Below are positions 48,101 to 58,778 of a stretch of 64,000 bases of DNA, piece by piece; the first letter of the stretch is position 1; every line of letters starts with the position of its first letter. Both the position numbers and the translations under genes were made by a program. The notes beneath the pieces were generated by a model that made no database searches, had not been told where the DNA came from, and saw nothing but the letters and a program-made list of their open reading frames with translations. This stretch comes from Escherichia phage ph0011. The stretch is from sequence record OP557969.1, one strand, 5' to 3'.

Positions 48101-51100
48101 TGAACCGTCCTCATTATGAACATTATAATCTACATAAAACAAATCGTTAAGCTCAATAGTACTACGTTGTCGCCCAATAGCTTTCCAATAAATTGAATCA
48201 CGTGATTGAGATTTGATATATAAAGTCCAAATGTTTTCACTATCTGTGACTCTAATTATATCACCAACTTGATAGTTTTTAGCATTTGCTTCTTCTAAAC
48301 TTATCTCTTGGATGTAAGCAGTTTTGCTATCATACCCAACATCATACCAATCTGCATAAGACCAGTATTGAGTCATATCTAATGATGTTCCGAGTGATTC
48401 AACATAATCCGATTGCTTAATCATTTTATGTTGTCCTTCACCTTTATTTTCTAAAGTTATAGTAACAACACTACCTGCATTAGCTGGACTATTCATTAAC
48501 TGAATATATCCGTTTTCATCGAAGTGAATAAAATAAACAGCACTAGTTGATAATGGAGTCGGTAGATAACCGCTAGAACTTAAAATAACAGCGTCATTTT
48601 CTTTAAATTTATCCTTTTCAACTGCAATTACAAGTTCATTATTATAAGTTAATACACGGAACGAAACCTCATTAGGGTTAACTTCTGTAGTTTTAACATT
48701 AAACACATCTTCCATAACAACACTATTAGTAGTTATGTTTTGTGATCTATAATAATTATTTGCACTTTCTACAAAGTTTCTACGTGCCTCTATTATATTC
48801 TGGAACCAAGTTTTATTAGAGCCTAAACCAGTGTCAACTTCTGGATATAATAAATCTACAACCTTACCTGACTTCGTAGTTTCTTGACCAATTAGAGAGT
48901 TCCACATAGAGTCCCAAATTAGTGGGTTAAAGTTGTAACTTTCACCCTCTTTGCAAAGTTGATATTGGTCATGTTTAACAACTTCTGTATTGTCCATATA
49001 GTAAGAAATAGTCAAAACACTAGTATCATCATTAACTTCAAACTGCATATTACTAAGAATAAAAGAGTTTTCATTAATTGGTGCGAACCAAGGAATGTTC
49101 AACTGTGATGGATCTTTAATAATACGTGCAATGTCAGTACATGATTTTGTTCTGGTATGAATAGGTGGTACATAAATTGTATCACGTACCCAGAAATAGT
49201 ATTTTGTTACATAACTGTCAGTGGAGCTATCATATTCCAAAAATGTACTATAATTATCTTCAAGTGCTGTTCCACTTGGAAGATACATATTATTATTTTT
49301 GTTTTTCTTAGCAACATCTTTACAGTACTTATCCCAGTTATATGGTTCTACTGGTGAACAAACCCATTCCAACACATCAATAGTACTATGTGGCAACAAA
49401 CGACCCCAGTTGTAACGTTTATATTCATTGGTTGCGTCAATATCAACATTTCCATCTGCATCATAAATGGCACGAGTATAATCCAAATAAAAAGCGGTGC
49501 TAGTGTTCCACCATACTTGACCAACTTTTTCAGCACCCCACGCCTGAACCAATTCGCCATTGCTATTATATTGAGCAGGGTCGATTGGTGAAGTATATGT
49601 TACGTTTTGCATTGCTGCACCAGGAATAACACCATTAATTGGGTCATAAACATTTAGATATAATGCAGTAATGTTTGTACGTTCATCATATGTAGTTGGA
49701 CGTTCAAACAAAGTACTTTGTGGTGCTTTAAAACTATATTTTTTATCAATATATGCTTGACGCTCTTCAGTACTCACAAAACGCGAAACATAACGATACA
49801 AACGAGGGCGTGTATCTGGGTCAGTAAATTCGATATTAATTGAAGTATCAAATGGAACCACCATAACTTTGGAATCATCCCCAGCAGTATAATATTGACT
49901 TTCTACTGTTAAAGTATCTGGCATAAAGTTAGTTTCGTCCACAAAATAATAGTAATCACCATCTTCAAGAGGGATATCATCAGATAGAGTTACTTTACAG
50001 AATTTCTCAGCGTAAACATCTGTGGTTTCGATTGGTGTAATAGAAACCATTTTAACATTAGTGTCAATTAATTCAAAAATGTTCCATAACCCATTTCCAT
50101 CTTTGAACATCCATACTGATTCAGGATTTTCACCTTTACCATTGATATACAACATACGGTCATTGAATGCAGTACTGAAATCTTTCGTAGTATAAGATAC
50201 TTCATCTAATGTAACTGGACCAATATCAGGCAGTTGGATGTGTTCACTTCTACCACTACGCATTGGGAAAGAGAATTTACCATTTGGACGAGTAATCCAT
50301 TGTGGGTCTTTTCCTTGTTCACCAAAGAATACAATATTGTTTCCATTACCATTTGATGTTGCATTTTCATCAAAAGACATCATTTGTGGCTGCTGCTTAA
50401 ATTGGTCATTAATCAATTTAAATTGAAGGTTTTTCTTTCCATCGATGTTACCATATGTACCAACTTTAAACGCCCATTCTTGTAATGCTTTATATTCATC
50501 AGTATCATAGGATTTAGAAACACGAAGAACACGTTCTAAAACTTGGTTTGTACCTTTGTCATGAATAAATCCTTTATAGAAATCAACACGACTTACATCA
50601 CTACTAATCATACGTTGTAGATAATCACGAGATTGATAACCAATCAAATGGCTAGACAATTCTTGTAATTGTACATCGCTAACGGGATGTTCATTGTCAT
50701 AGTAATGTTGAAAATCTGTTACTAGAGTTTCAAATGATGGTATTGTACCAGATTCCAAAATAATAAAACCAGGTGCTTGTAATCTACCAGTCCATGAACC
50801 AGTAATGTACCCATACATTTTAATTAGTTCCTGGATAGAACCATAAGTTGGTTGATAGATATAATCACCAAAAATAGTCTTATCATCAAATATAACAGCA
50901 TGTTCATATGAACACAAACTTAAGCGGATTAATGCAATACGCTTATTAGAATCGGTTGTTCTAACAGTGAATATATTACCAATACGTGAAGTTTCGATTT
51001 CATATTGACGAATACCTTGGTTATTATCATCAAGCAATGACCACACACCACCATTATTTTGTGTAATAGACTGTACTGAACCAAAATCCGAACCAAACTT

Positions 51101-54100
51101 AGCATTTGCAGCACTTGGTGTACAAGAGATAAATTCGCCAGTTACCAGAGGACTCTGACTCCATATCACAAAATCTTTAGCAATAGTGTGCCAATCTTGC
51201 TGAATACCATCTTGATTAACATCTTCGAAAATCCAGCCATGTTCTTTAAGATACTCACCATATCCACAAATAAAAGTGTATACTTCTTGATAACTATTGA
51301 AAATAGTCCCATATTCAATAGAAGCCTCAGACTTCCATTCATTATAATGAACAATATTACGGTTTTCCAATTTAAGAGTTACTTTTCTTCCATTTTTTAC
51401 TGGAAGTTTATATTTAAATTTCGCACCAACCAAATCATATCCATCAATTTGATATGCACTACCATTCCATGTAATTTTGATGGCACTCATCTGTTCATCG
51501 CGAATGTTATTCGAACGCACCAGACCAATCGTTTGGTTTTCTTGTGAAATAAGACCAAATGATTTAGCGTTGAATGTTAATTGATCTGCTTTAGTAAAGC
51601 CACCAATTTTATGTCCCACATTTACGTAAGACGAACGTACAACATCTCCATATTTTGTAGTAATATTTTTATTTTGATACATCAAATAATCACTAACAAA
51701 CATTTGATATCCAATTGTTCTTGTGTTATCTTCACCATGAACAGTTGTGTTTTTATCAAAATTCACACGATTGCGGGTATCCCCGTACAGAAATTGTTCA
51801 CCAGTGGTGATAATTTCTTTCAAATTGTCATTACGGGTATCCCAATAATAGTTGGCAAATTGTGCAGGTTTAGCTTTATACAAAAGTAACATTTGGTCAT
51901 ATGCAAACAATGTGGTGTTCATATACGTAAATTCCATATCACCCATGTCGCCATACGCCCAAGGTTCTGCTCGGTGAACTAAAGATCCAGACACTAATCC
52001 TAAAACTTCAGGAGCAATATACTCAACCACACAAATATCTACACCGGATGATGTTTTATTTCCAGTTTTAGTAATTTTAAATGGTTGTACACCAAATCTT
52101 TTATATTTGTCATACTGACCACGGCGGTCGCCATATAAAATTGTCCCAGTACTACTATCGCCGATTGTATCATTTACATCCCAAAGTCCACTAGGAACCA
52201 AATCACCTTGTTCATCAGTTACAAGTGCCTCATATACATAAACTACATCACCATCACGTTCACCAACTTGGACAGCGGTTGGTTCATACTCTTGGTTCCA
52301 CCAAGTAGGACGTTGTGTAAACCCAAACATTTCCCATGGATGTGTAGCAGGGCGATATGTACCATATTGATCAGTATAGATTGCACGCCATGAACCACGA
52401 GCAGGAATTTCAGTACTTTTACCATCAACAACATAATAGGTTCCAGTATAGTTCCATGTTCTCCAGTTATTAGGATCATAATCATGTGTACTATTACTAA
52501 TACCATTAGATGCAGTGAAGTTAATATAACCACGTAATAGAAGTGTTTGTTTTTCTTCTGCACTATATTCAGTTTTTGTAAAATATGGTGTAGGGAAAAG
52601 ATCATCACTATTCAATACAGGGACATAATCAACATCTTTGAATTTATTGTCAATACTATTGAAAATTCTATTTTCAAGTTCATATACAACATCATCCATT
52701 TTATCAACACCATTGATAACACGGTATGCTTTAGAAATAATACCAGTATGGCTGATATTATAATAGCTAGGTTTACTACCAGCAGTTAGGAATGTTGCTT
52801 TCTCAGGAACGTATGCTTGTAGAATACCTAAAAACTGTGGAGTTGGTGGTATAAATGCACGAATAAGACCAGATGTACTACCCACATTGTCATAATAGAA
52901 TGGGAATGAACTATCACGACCCATATTAATAGTTGCCAAAATAGAATCAACGATGTTAGCTGCACTATTTTGTAAAAAGTTAGTTGGGTTTTCATTGTAC
53001 ATTCTAAGCATTTGTGTATTAAATTTATTAATGAATCTGAAATATTCAGATTGCATAAACATAGTTGCTTCAAATAAATCAATATCTTCATTTGCAGTAT
53101 GAGCCATCAATGGGAGCATAGAAGCTTCATTTTGAATAATTTTAGTTCCTACTCCATTATTCACTAATCCCTTAGCTAAACGTTCTTCATAATCGTTGAA
53201 GTCATCAGCATAACCACTAGTGATATTCTGTTGAATAATATCCTGAAAATGAAGAGTATAGTCTCCTTGATTAATATATATAATATTGGAGTTATATGGG
53301 TTATTTTGTAAGTTAATTGGAACTTCATATGCACCTAATTCTTTATCAGGTGTTACAGTACTGCTATAAGTTCTAATTTGAATAACAGAATCATCATCCA
53401 ATTCAACACTGTTATCGATTGTGATACTTTGCACTTGACCTTTTAATACATTCTTGGTATATTTGGAGATATTAACACCATCAACAACAACTTCAATAAT
53501 ATCAGAGTCATTGTCTAAAACTTTTTGTGCCAATTCAAAAGTATGGTCATATTTTAAAACCTGAATACCATCACCACTAATTTGATGCCAGTCCAAATAT
53601 GTTTCACGTTCAGCTTTATAGTACTGATATGTTTTATCAACTTCGATGACATATGCATACATACCCTCGACTGGTTCTTTAAACAGTTCCATATCATAAA
53701 CAGAACTAAAGACTCGATACATATCAGTACGTTTGACTTGAGGTGTCTGTTTTACAAATTGTTTAGAGAATTCTTTTGAACGCACCCAATCAGTTTGAAG
53801 ATTCATTTTATTATTTTCATCAATGATGTTATAATAATACAAACCACCGATTTCAACTTCAACACCAAGATGGTCATATGTATAACGTTGTGATTGTAAA
53901 AAGTTTTCATAAGTGTAATAGTTATAATCACCAAGTTCAATGTTATACCCATATACACTATCAGCCGCGTAGTTATAGTTGATTTTAAATCCAAATAATG
54001 GTGAACCTTTAAATGTACTGGATGGGTACGTGGTGCTGTTATCTAGTTTGATTCCATTACGATCATAAAGTTGGAATTGAGGAAAGACGTTAACACTTGG

Positions 54101-55165
54101 CTTCGCCTGTGCACGAACCCATAATGTTCCATTCCAATACATAGAATTATTGCCGTACTCATTTCCTTTTGTGACCAAAACTACGTCACCATTTTGTGGT
54201 TCACCACTTGGACGGGACTCAGTTTCTTCATTTGGATCTAGTGCTAAGCCATAAACGCGTGTACCATCTTGCATTTTTTTAACATACACTTTATAAATTC
54301 TATTGTTTTCACCATCATTACCAATACTGGTGAATAGAATACGCATACCATCTTGTGGAATAATACCATCAATGCGAATACCGCTATTGACATCTTTTTG
54401 AATAATATCTTCAGGTTTGATACTATCAGAAAAAAGTTCAACTGTTCCACGGAATTTTGTACCGTAGTTAATTAGCTCGATATTTTTATTATATTCGATA
54501 ATTGGTGCACGAGCACGAATAAAACGAGAATCTTGCATTAGCTCTTCAGTCAAGATAGAACCGTCTTCTAGTGTTTCACCTAAAGTATACCAAAAGTTTT
54601 GCAAAGACCATGTATTACCATTAAGTGCTCCACGTTCCATTACAATGTAATCAGGTGTAATGATATTATAAGAGTTTTTGGTATCCCAAAGATACGAACT
54701 AAAATTGTTCATTTTATTTGGGTTAATTGCAGGAGTCCATGCATAAAACTTACCGTTAAATAAACGACTTTCATTATCGGTTAGTGCTCCGTAATGACTC
54801 ATGTATCCAACAAGATCATCATAAAATTGAATTGAACGAATTGTTGAATCATCATTTTTAGAGACATAAGCAGTGGACAACTGATATAGTTGACGTGCAA
54901 CAGAACTTTCATGCAAGAAGATATTACCAGCGGCAGCCGGAGAACCCATGTCACCAATATAACCGTCAACCAATTCGTTTTCAGCCGGATTAAACCATTG
55001 TTGAATAACATCATCACTGACTTTTTGAATATCTTCTAAGCCTTGCATCCACTCAGGCAATCTTTTGATAAAAAGCTTTTTCTGTACTGCTTCAGCCATC
55101 TGTGTAGGTTGAAACTTAAAATTATTAGTCATTTTTTCTGGACTCCATATAATTCGTTCATTCAT
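45164..55165 (-). CDS. giant virion protein, 3333 aa (baseplate-associated by synteny; function unknown)
   Basis: Uninterrupted 10-kb frame in an AT-rich genome; ATG 55165; directly downstream of gp6-like gene in the baseplate operon; no motif recognised by eye. Confidence 0.8.
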   Translation of the reverse strand: MNERIIWSPEKMTNNFKFQPTQMAEAVQKKLFIKRLPEWMQGLEDIQKVSDDVIQQWFNPAENELVDGYIGDMGSPAAAGNIFLHESSVARQLYQLSTAYVSKNDDSTIRSIQFYDDLVGYMSHYGALTDNESRLFNGKFYAWTPAINPNKMNNFSSYLWDTKNSYNIITPDYIVMERGALNGNTWSLQNFWYTLGETLEDGSILTEELMQDSRFIRARAPIIEYNKNIELINYGTKFRGTVELFSDSIKPEDIIQKDVNSGIRIDGIIPQDGMRILFTSIGNDGENNRIYKVYVKKMQDGTRVYGLALDPNEETESRPSGEPQNGDVVLVTKGNEYGNNSMYWNGTLWVRAQAKPSVNVFPQFQLYDRNGIKLDNSTTYPSSTFKGSPLFGFKINYNYAADSVYGYNIELGDYNYYTYENFLQSQRYTYDHLGVEVEIGGLYYYNIIDENNKMNLQTDWVRSKEFSKQFVKQTPQVKRTDMYRVFSSVYDMELFKEPVEGMYAYVIEVDKTYQYYKAERETYLDWHQISGDGIQVLKYDHTFELAQKVLDNDSDIIEVVVDGVNISKYTKNVLKGQVQSITIDNSVELDDDSVIQIRTYSSTVTPDKELGAYEVPINLQNNPYNSNIIYINQGDYTLHFQDIIQQNITSGYADDFNDYEERLAKGLVNNGVGTKIIQNEASMLPLMAHTANEDIDLFEATMFMQSEYFRFINKFNTQMLRMYNENPTNFLQNSAANIVDSILATINMGRDSSFPFYYDNVGSTSGLIRAFIPPTPQFLGILQAYVPEKATFLTAGSKPSYYNISHTGIISKAYRVINGVDKMDDVVYELENRIFNSIDNKFKDVDYVPVLNSDDLFPTPYFTKTEYSAEEKQTLLLRGYINFTASNGISNSTHDYDPNNWRTWNYTGTYYVVDGKSTEIPARGSWRAIYTDQYGTYRPATHPWEMFGFTQRPTWWNQEYEPTAVQVGERDGDVVYVYEALVTDEQGDLVPSGLWDVNDTIGDSSTGTILYGDRRGQYDKYKRFGVQPFKITKTGNKTSSGVDICVVEYIAPEVLGLVSGSLVHRAEPWAYGDMGDMEFTYMNTTLFAYDQMLLLYKAKPAQFANYYWDTRNDNLKEIITTGEQFLYGDTRNRVNFDKNTTVHGEDNTRTIGYQMFVSDYLMYQNKNITTKYGDVVRSSYVNVGHKIGGFTKADQLTFNAKSFGLISQENQTIGLVRSNNIRDEQMSAIKITWNGSAYQIDGYDLVGAKFKYKLPVKNGRKVTLKLENRNIVHYNEWKSEASIEYGTIFNSYQEVYTFICGYGEYLKEHGWIFEDVNQDGIQQDWHTIAKDFVIWSQSPLVTGEFISCTPSAANAKFGSDFGSVQSITQNNGGVWSLLDDNNQGIRQYEIETSRIGNIFTVRTTDSNKRIALIRLSLCSYEHAVIFDDKTIFGDYIYQPTYGSIQELIKMYGYITGSWTGRLQAPGFIILESGTIPSFETLVTDFQHYYDNEHPVSDVQLQELSSHLIGYQSRDYLQRMISSDVSRVDFYKGFIHDKGTNQVLERVLRVSKSYDTDEYKALQEWAFKVGTYGNIDGKKNLQFKLINDQFKQQPQMMSFDENATSNGNGNNIVFFGEQGKDPQWITRPNGKFSFPMRSGRSEHIQLPDIGPVTLDEVSYTTKDFSTAFNDRMLYINGKGENPESVWMFKDGNGLWNIFELIDTNVKMVSITPIETTDVYAEKFCKVTLSDDIPLEDGDYYYFVDETNFMPDTLTVESQYYTAGDDSKVMVVPFDTSINIEFTDPDTRPRLYRYVSRFVSTEERQAYIDKKYSFKAPQSTLFERPTTYDERTNITALYLNVYDPINGVIPGAAMQNVTYTSPIDPAQYNSNGELVQAWGAEKVGQVWWNTSTAFYLDYTRAIYDADGNVDIDATNEYKRYNWGRLLPHSTIDVLEWVCSPVEPYNWDKYCKDVAKKNKNNNMYLPSGTALEDNYSTFLEYDSSTDSYVTKYYFWVRDTIYVPPIHTRTKSCTDIARIIKDPSQLNIPWFAPINENSFILSNMQFEVNDDTSVLTISYYMDNTEVVKHDQYQLCKEGESYNFNPLIWDSMWNSLIGQETTKSGKVVDLLYPEVDTGLGSNKTWFQNIIEARRNFVESANNYYRSQNITTNSVVMEDVFNVKTTEVNPNEVSFRVLTYNNELVIAVEKDKFKENDAVILSSSGYLPTPLSTSAVYFIHFDENGYIQLMNSPANAGSVVTITLENKGEGQHKMIKQSDYVESLGTSLDMTQYWSYADWYDVGYDSKTAYIQEISLEEANAKNYQVGDIIRVTDSENIWTLYIKSQSRDSIYWKAIGRQRSTIELNDLFYVDYNVHNEDGSLSNREINIRKALALLKNSFDLHQSEIVFDMVKYVHVEQGVVDWVFKTSYIYIVGLEQSLVQNYSNDNLINQIVEYFEEVKPYRTKIRSQIEQKTSDDDLIKGLCNDLDPNGYIFVDGSWVKTEKDIWDYEYAQYNETTKKWEKVGSLPSDFIAPNRRFQEIDIIMHYDNIQCKPNKDLANINELISVNNKYQSNEKDSVNTYELQRYIYSYPVYNEQSFDLVNAYLLQTYYPELDVTLGTANGVNQWYKEHADDLEATDEFTATLERIYNESTHNEMFTDLRHYVQYNTLANRLKLYKDISDDKIHDEVGCGFSGLVYNDNPSTRLPLGFSSSNDYNYGYFEISKELYEKYISFITEKYPDASEHDIKVKLEVEYGVYVYRYDEIGGDTRFYSDAVHVLAAMRGLFDKDSADMYEKAEEILSKTPIDIYAITMMPRKHVYLNINGEYQSIPDDKSIDDFMEDYFITNGEMIKLAEINLDDLPQDQNNPMYSDYQYIIDSIAEAKFFNDMNAFDNLALESQTSAIKWEVKDDEVDPYIIDISEINPASRAVGHIRFTVDGYGFDTESLVQLRNNSRYKTEGMAIINPYKHTEAIVSIPSYAKIEHDINKTASPFEEKYFYRVRSINSLTEAEIVDSDLSDGDKVMIFTPDGEDFIRYQNRTWETILRVSNIKHNTTPILFTVRTTGKETIELVDSSGNVLRYDNITLGQLNQPVQHLALNIVRVRTFADPEFTKGDIKLYEQNRNYTIDVINYDVFYDTTLNGGKYNDGVTPDDVDVWVVSNEIFNDDGITIDNGYNLPITGEGVLSELVRTKMPDCLEINVIEYDAKDIKPTKNNEGVWVYEYPMVDSMYIDVADATITNITTISEENTTYVAQPLSVSHYNVRNNVLSGSAANKSDIISIGYEKVEVRNTNNLLRGVMYSAEHDFKHDTTYSFNGINLGGYDKFKRYTQNSYTIDLSVYTNSLRVRGNDIQKILIVK

Positions 55166-55183
55166 TTGATTTATTTATTAGAT

Positions 55184-55207
55184 AAAAAAGGCGTTCCGAA
55201 GAACGCC
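55184..55207 (-). terminator. hairpin (minus-strand terminator or attenuator candidate)
   Basis: GGCGTTC-CGAA-GAACGCC with T6 on the minus strand, between gp6-like stop and giant gene start. Confidence 0.4.
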
Positions 55208-55214
55208 GATATTA

Positions 55215-58200
55215 TTAAGAACCGATATTAATATTACTTTTAGCTAATGAGTTAACTATTTGAACATTTTCAACCGATGCAGTACTCAAGAATATTTGGT
55301 CCGAGCGTGAAGGTATTTCAAACAAAGAACCAAATTTGGAATTCGGATTTTGTGCAACTATAACAATTGTACTAATATGTCTTCCTAGTTGGGAATGTAT
55401 ATAAGTACATAAATCGGTATAATAGAAACTTTCACCAAAATCCCAGTTATCAACATTAAAATATTCATTCGTTAATGCTATCACATTTTGACGAATTTCA
55501 TCATCACTCATCGTGCTATTTGGTAGCTTAACAACTTTAAAATCAGCTTTATAATCTTCCGCAGCACTGTTCCCAAATAATGGTAGATACTCTGCACTAT
55601 GCCAGATAATACTATCACTGATGACTATTTTTTGTTCGACATCTTTGAACATATTTTTCAATTCAACTGATGTTGGAGGCTTCGGCATACTTCCAACTGC
55701 ATTATTTTTTAACCACACATCAACTTCAGTTTTGTATGAGTTTGTTAGTACATACATATCAATTAGGTTTGTTCTACTAGGATCAATACGGTTATCATCA
55801 GGTGCATAATGTTTCCAATGGAAATCTATACTGGTACGAGCATTCGTCTTAACCGTATATTGCGATGTAACATCTTTATAACCATAATAATCCAACTTCT
55901 GATTCTCATCAGCATTAGTACCCATGTTATTAATTGAACGATAAAACGCAAGTTCAGGACTAATAGTTCCGGTATCATCGGAATATGTCAAATTACTGAT
56001 TAATTGCCCCAAACGATCATTGTTATTACCAACAGTTTGTTCAATAAAATAATATTTACCATCATATTTAAAACACACTAAGAATCCAGAGCCTTTACTA
56101 TACAATCCACTCAATGTGTTAGAACGAATTGCATTATTTCGTACAAATTCGGTTCTTTTATATGTATTAGGTTCAGCTAATGCTTGTTCCATCGTATAAG
56201 ACCATGACGTATCCAGTAGTGAGAATGTATCATTTGGTAATGACAGTACTGAAATTGTAAAATCATTATTTTCCTTGAATATCAATATACCACCGTATTT
56301 TAATGCATCAGAACCTGACCATTCTGGAACAATATCTTTAAATTGATTCGGTTCCAATGGTATACCATTACTATCTACTTTTCTAGAGGTGACAATAATA
56401 CGAGAACCATCCAGATATCCATTTTCTTGCTGTATTGTGTCATAAATTTGAAAATCTATATTACTTGTTAGACCTGAGTTACTTGTGCTTGTTGTGTTGG
56501 ATGATAAAATTTCAATTTTATCACTTTGAACTGTACCAGAACTAATATCAGTTATTTTTTTGGATGAAACGAAATAGAATTTGACTTTATTACCACCAAC
56601 AAATATATATTCAATACCATTTGCATCAAATTCCCAGGTTTCTGCTGTATATTTAACGTTTATTACAACTAAAACTTCGTGACCATTGTAAACAATAGTA
56701 TCATCATTTGTACTAATTTCTACTGGAACCCATGAAGTTGTTTCTTTATCATGAACAATAACAAAATCAGTTTTTTTATCAAGCATTGCAGAAATAGACT
56801 GAACCTCAACCGAATCAAATCTTGTTCTATATGGTAATATATAATCAATTGCTTGCATTTTACTAGAAACTGGCGTACTTAATACATAAAACCCATTATC
56901 TAAAACACTAATAACACTTGCCCATATAGTTGTTGTAGAGTTGGAGAACTTAATTAAAGTGCCAACCTGATACGAATTATATACTGTCCCAGATGATCCC
57001 ATGATTCTTCCATATGTATTGGTAGTATAATTCGAATTATAAACAGGTGTCCATGATTGTTGAAGTTCAATTCCAATAGTATTTGGTGGATATGCTTGAT
57101 AACGTTGTATCACAGCATTTTCACCAATTAGTGGTTGAATATTGTCAATTACGATACTGGCATTTGTTTTTGTAGTTGGTAGTAATAAAGATTTATTAAA
57201 TTTAGTATTTTCTTTATATAATGCACCATCATCACTAAAAACATCAGTATTTTGATATTTTCCAGTAGGGTCATTAATATCAATGAATCGAGACTGTCCA
57301 CTATAAATTCTATTAATAGCTTTTGACTTAAGTACAGTGTTACCTAAACTGAGTGGAGCAATATTATAATCTTCACCATTAACAAAACGGTTTTGTGTGT
57401 AATACATTTGTGGTGCTCGTGCTTTAATTTGCTCAATAGTCTCAGCACTTTGTGCACGATCTGATTCGTATTGTAATGAAAAGCGTACATCTAGTGTGCT
57501 TGATTCATAACTGGATTGTGTTTTAGTACGATACGTATATTTTACACTTTTATTTTGAATTTCTGACGTTTTGATGTTATATGTTTTACCATTACTAACA
57601 CGATACCACACACGGAATGTACCACGCGGAACAACACCACTTCTGGAATCTGGATATTTAATTGTTATTTGATCTTTATCACGAGTTGTAACTGCAAAAA
57701 TTGTTTTAAGCTGGCGATTGACCGTGTTGTATGCAATACTTTCCATGGATGGAACTTTTGTCCATTTGGTACGAACAATACCATCTTCATTGATTTCTTG
57801 TACCCAAACATCAGTTTCATTTATGTTATCAACGTTTACCTCTTGTATTCTATTTTCTTCACGAATATTATATTGGTAATCTTGATATGTCAATGTTCCT
57901 TGGATAAAATACACAAAAAAACCAGTATTTGGTGAACTGAATCCATTACCATCATTTTGGTACACAATATATTTTTGCTCTTGTGGTTCTGGATGTCTCT
58001 CTTCAACACCAACAGATGTAATGTCAGGGTTAACCACTTCAAATGTCATTGATTCACCATTAACAGTTGCAACAAATGGTATACTTGGAGCACTCATAGG
58101 AATAGTATTCATTCGATAAAGCTGACGTGACACCCCATTGACATCAATACGTTTAACTGGATTACCGAACTGATTAGTACTAACAAATGAACTATTCATA

Positions 58201-58676
58201 ACAAGAATAAAGTTTTCATACCAATTCGCATCCATTGGGTCGTTCCAACGAATAATTTTATCTTTTAATGATTCATTAAAACTATTACGAACATCTTGGT
58301 TTGTTTTAATTTCTGTTAATTTTGCTACTGCACGACCTGGATATGAGCGACGTGGTGTATACGAAATCATTTTGGCTAATTTTAGAACCGATGCACGGCG
58401 TGTAGCAGTATCTAAGAAGTTTTCACGCGTGTTCAAATCCATACGAAATGCCAAGTTCTGACCCAGCATTGAAATGGTATCAAGAATAAAAATAAACTGA
58501 TCGTTTTCAATCCAGTCATTAAATGAATCAGGATACGTTTGACGCAAATAATCAATCATACTCTGGCGAATAGTATCAAAGTCAAATGCCGTGAGATTGA
58601 TTTTATAAAAACTTTCATATACTTGTGTCCAATCTTCACCACTATATAAATTTGATTGCCTTTTTTGTTGTGACAT
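55215..58676 (-). CDS. baseplate wedge protein, gp6 / Baseplate-J-like (enlarged)
   Basis: 1153 aa; N-terminal region (FDFDTIRQSMIDYL...ILDTISMLGQNLAF) resembles the gp6/gpJ N-terminus; follows gp25-like gene as in P2/T4 wedge modules. Confidence 0.6.
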   Translation of the reverse strand: MSQQKRQSNLYSGEDWTQVYESFYKINLTAFDFDTIRQSMIDYLRQTYPDSFNDWIENDQFIFILDTISMLGQNLAFRMDLNTRENFLDTATRRASVLKLAKMISYTPRRSYPGRAVAKLTEIKTNQDVRNSFNESLKDKIIRWNDPMDANWYENFILVMNSSFVSTNQFGNPVKRIDVNGVSRQLYRMNTIPMSAPSIPFVATVNGESMTFEVVNPDITSVGVEERHPEPQEQKYIVYQNDGNGFSSPNTGFFVYFIQGTLTYQDYQYNIREENRIQEVNVDNINETDVWVQEINEDGIVRTKWTKVPSMESIAYNTVNRQLKTIFAVTTRDKDQITIKYPDSRSGVVPRGTFRVWYRVSNGKTYNIKTSEIQNKSVKYTYRTKTQSSYESSTLDVRFSLQYESDRAQSAETIEQIKARAPQMYYTQNRFVNGEDYNIAPLSLGNTVLKSKAINRIYSGQSRFIDINDPTGKYQNTDVFSDDGALYKENTKFNKSLLLPTTKTNASIVIDNIQPLIGENAVIQRYQAYPPNTIGIELQQSWTPVYNSNYTTNTYGRIMGSSGTVYNSYQVGTLIKFSNSTTTIWASVISVLDNGFYVLSTPVSSKMQAIDYILPYRTRFDSVEVQSISAMLDKKTDFVIVHDKETTSWVPVEISTNDDTIVYNGHEVLVVINVKYTAETWEFDANGIEYIFVGGNKVKFYFVSSKKITDISSGTVQSDKIEILSSNTTSTSNSGLTSNIDFQIYDTIQQENGYLDGSRIIVTSRKVDSNGIPLEPNQFKDIVPEWSGSDALKYGGILIFKENNDFTISVLSLPNDTFSLLDTSWSYTMEQALAEPNTYKRTEFVRNNAIRSNTLSGLYSKGSGFLVCFKYDGKYYFIEQTVGNNNDRLGQLISNLTYSDDTGTISPELAFYRSINNMGTNADENQKLDYYGYKDVTSQYTVKTNARTSIDFHWKHYAPDDNRIDPSRTNLIDMYVLTNSYKTEVDVWLKNNAVGSMPKPPTSVELKNMFKDVEQKIVISDSIIWHSAEYLPLFGNSAAEDYKADFKVVKLPNSTMSDDEIRQNVIALTNEYFNVDNWDFGESFYYTDLCTYIHSQLGRHISTIVIVAQNPNSKFGSLFEIPSRSDQIFLSTASVENVQIVNSLAKSNINIGS

Positions 58677-58744
58677 AATTTATTCCTTTAAATCAGTAAA
58701 GTACTAGTTCAGTACTGGGAATTATATAGAAATATTTATTCAAA

Positions 58745-58773
58745 AAGAAAAGCACCCCGAAGAGTGCTTTTTT
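58745..58773 (-). terminator. terminator-like hairpin after gp25-like gene
   Basis: AAGCAC...GTGCTT hairpin with flanking A/T runs, downstream of stop at 58779. Confidence 0.35.
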
Positions 58774-58778
58774 AATAT

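Noticed and set aside
45461-55017. Dozens of 60-120 aa ORFs on both strands inside the giant gene
   Set aside because: All lie within the single 10-kb frame; AT-rich antisense frames yield hydrophobic I/F/L-rich artefacts
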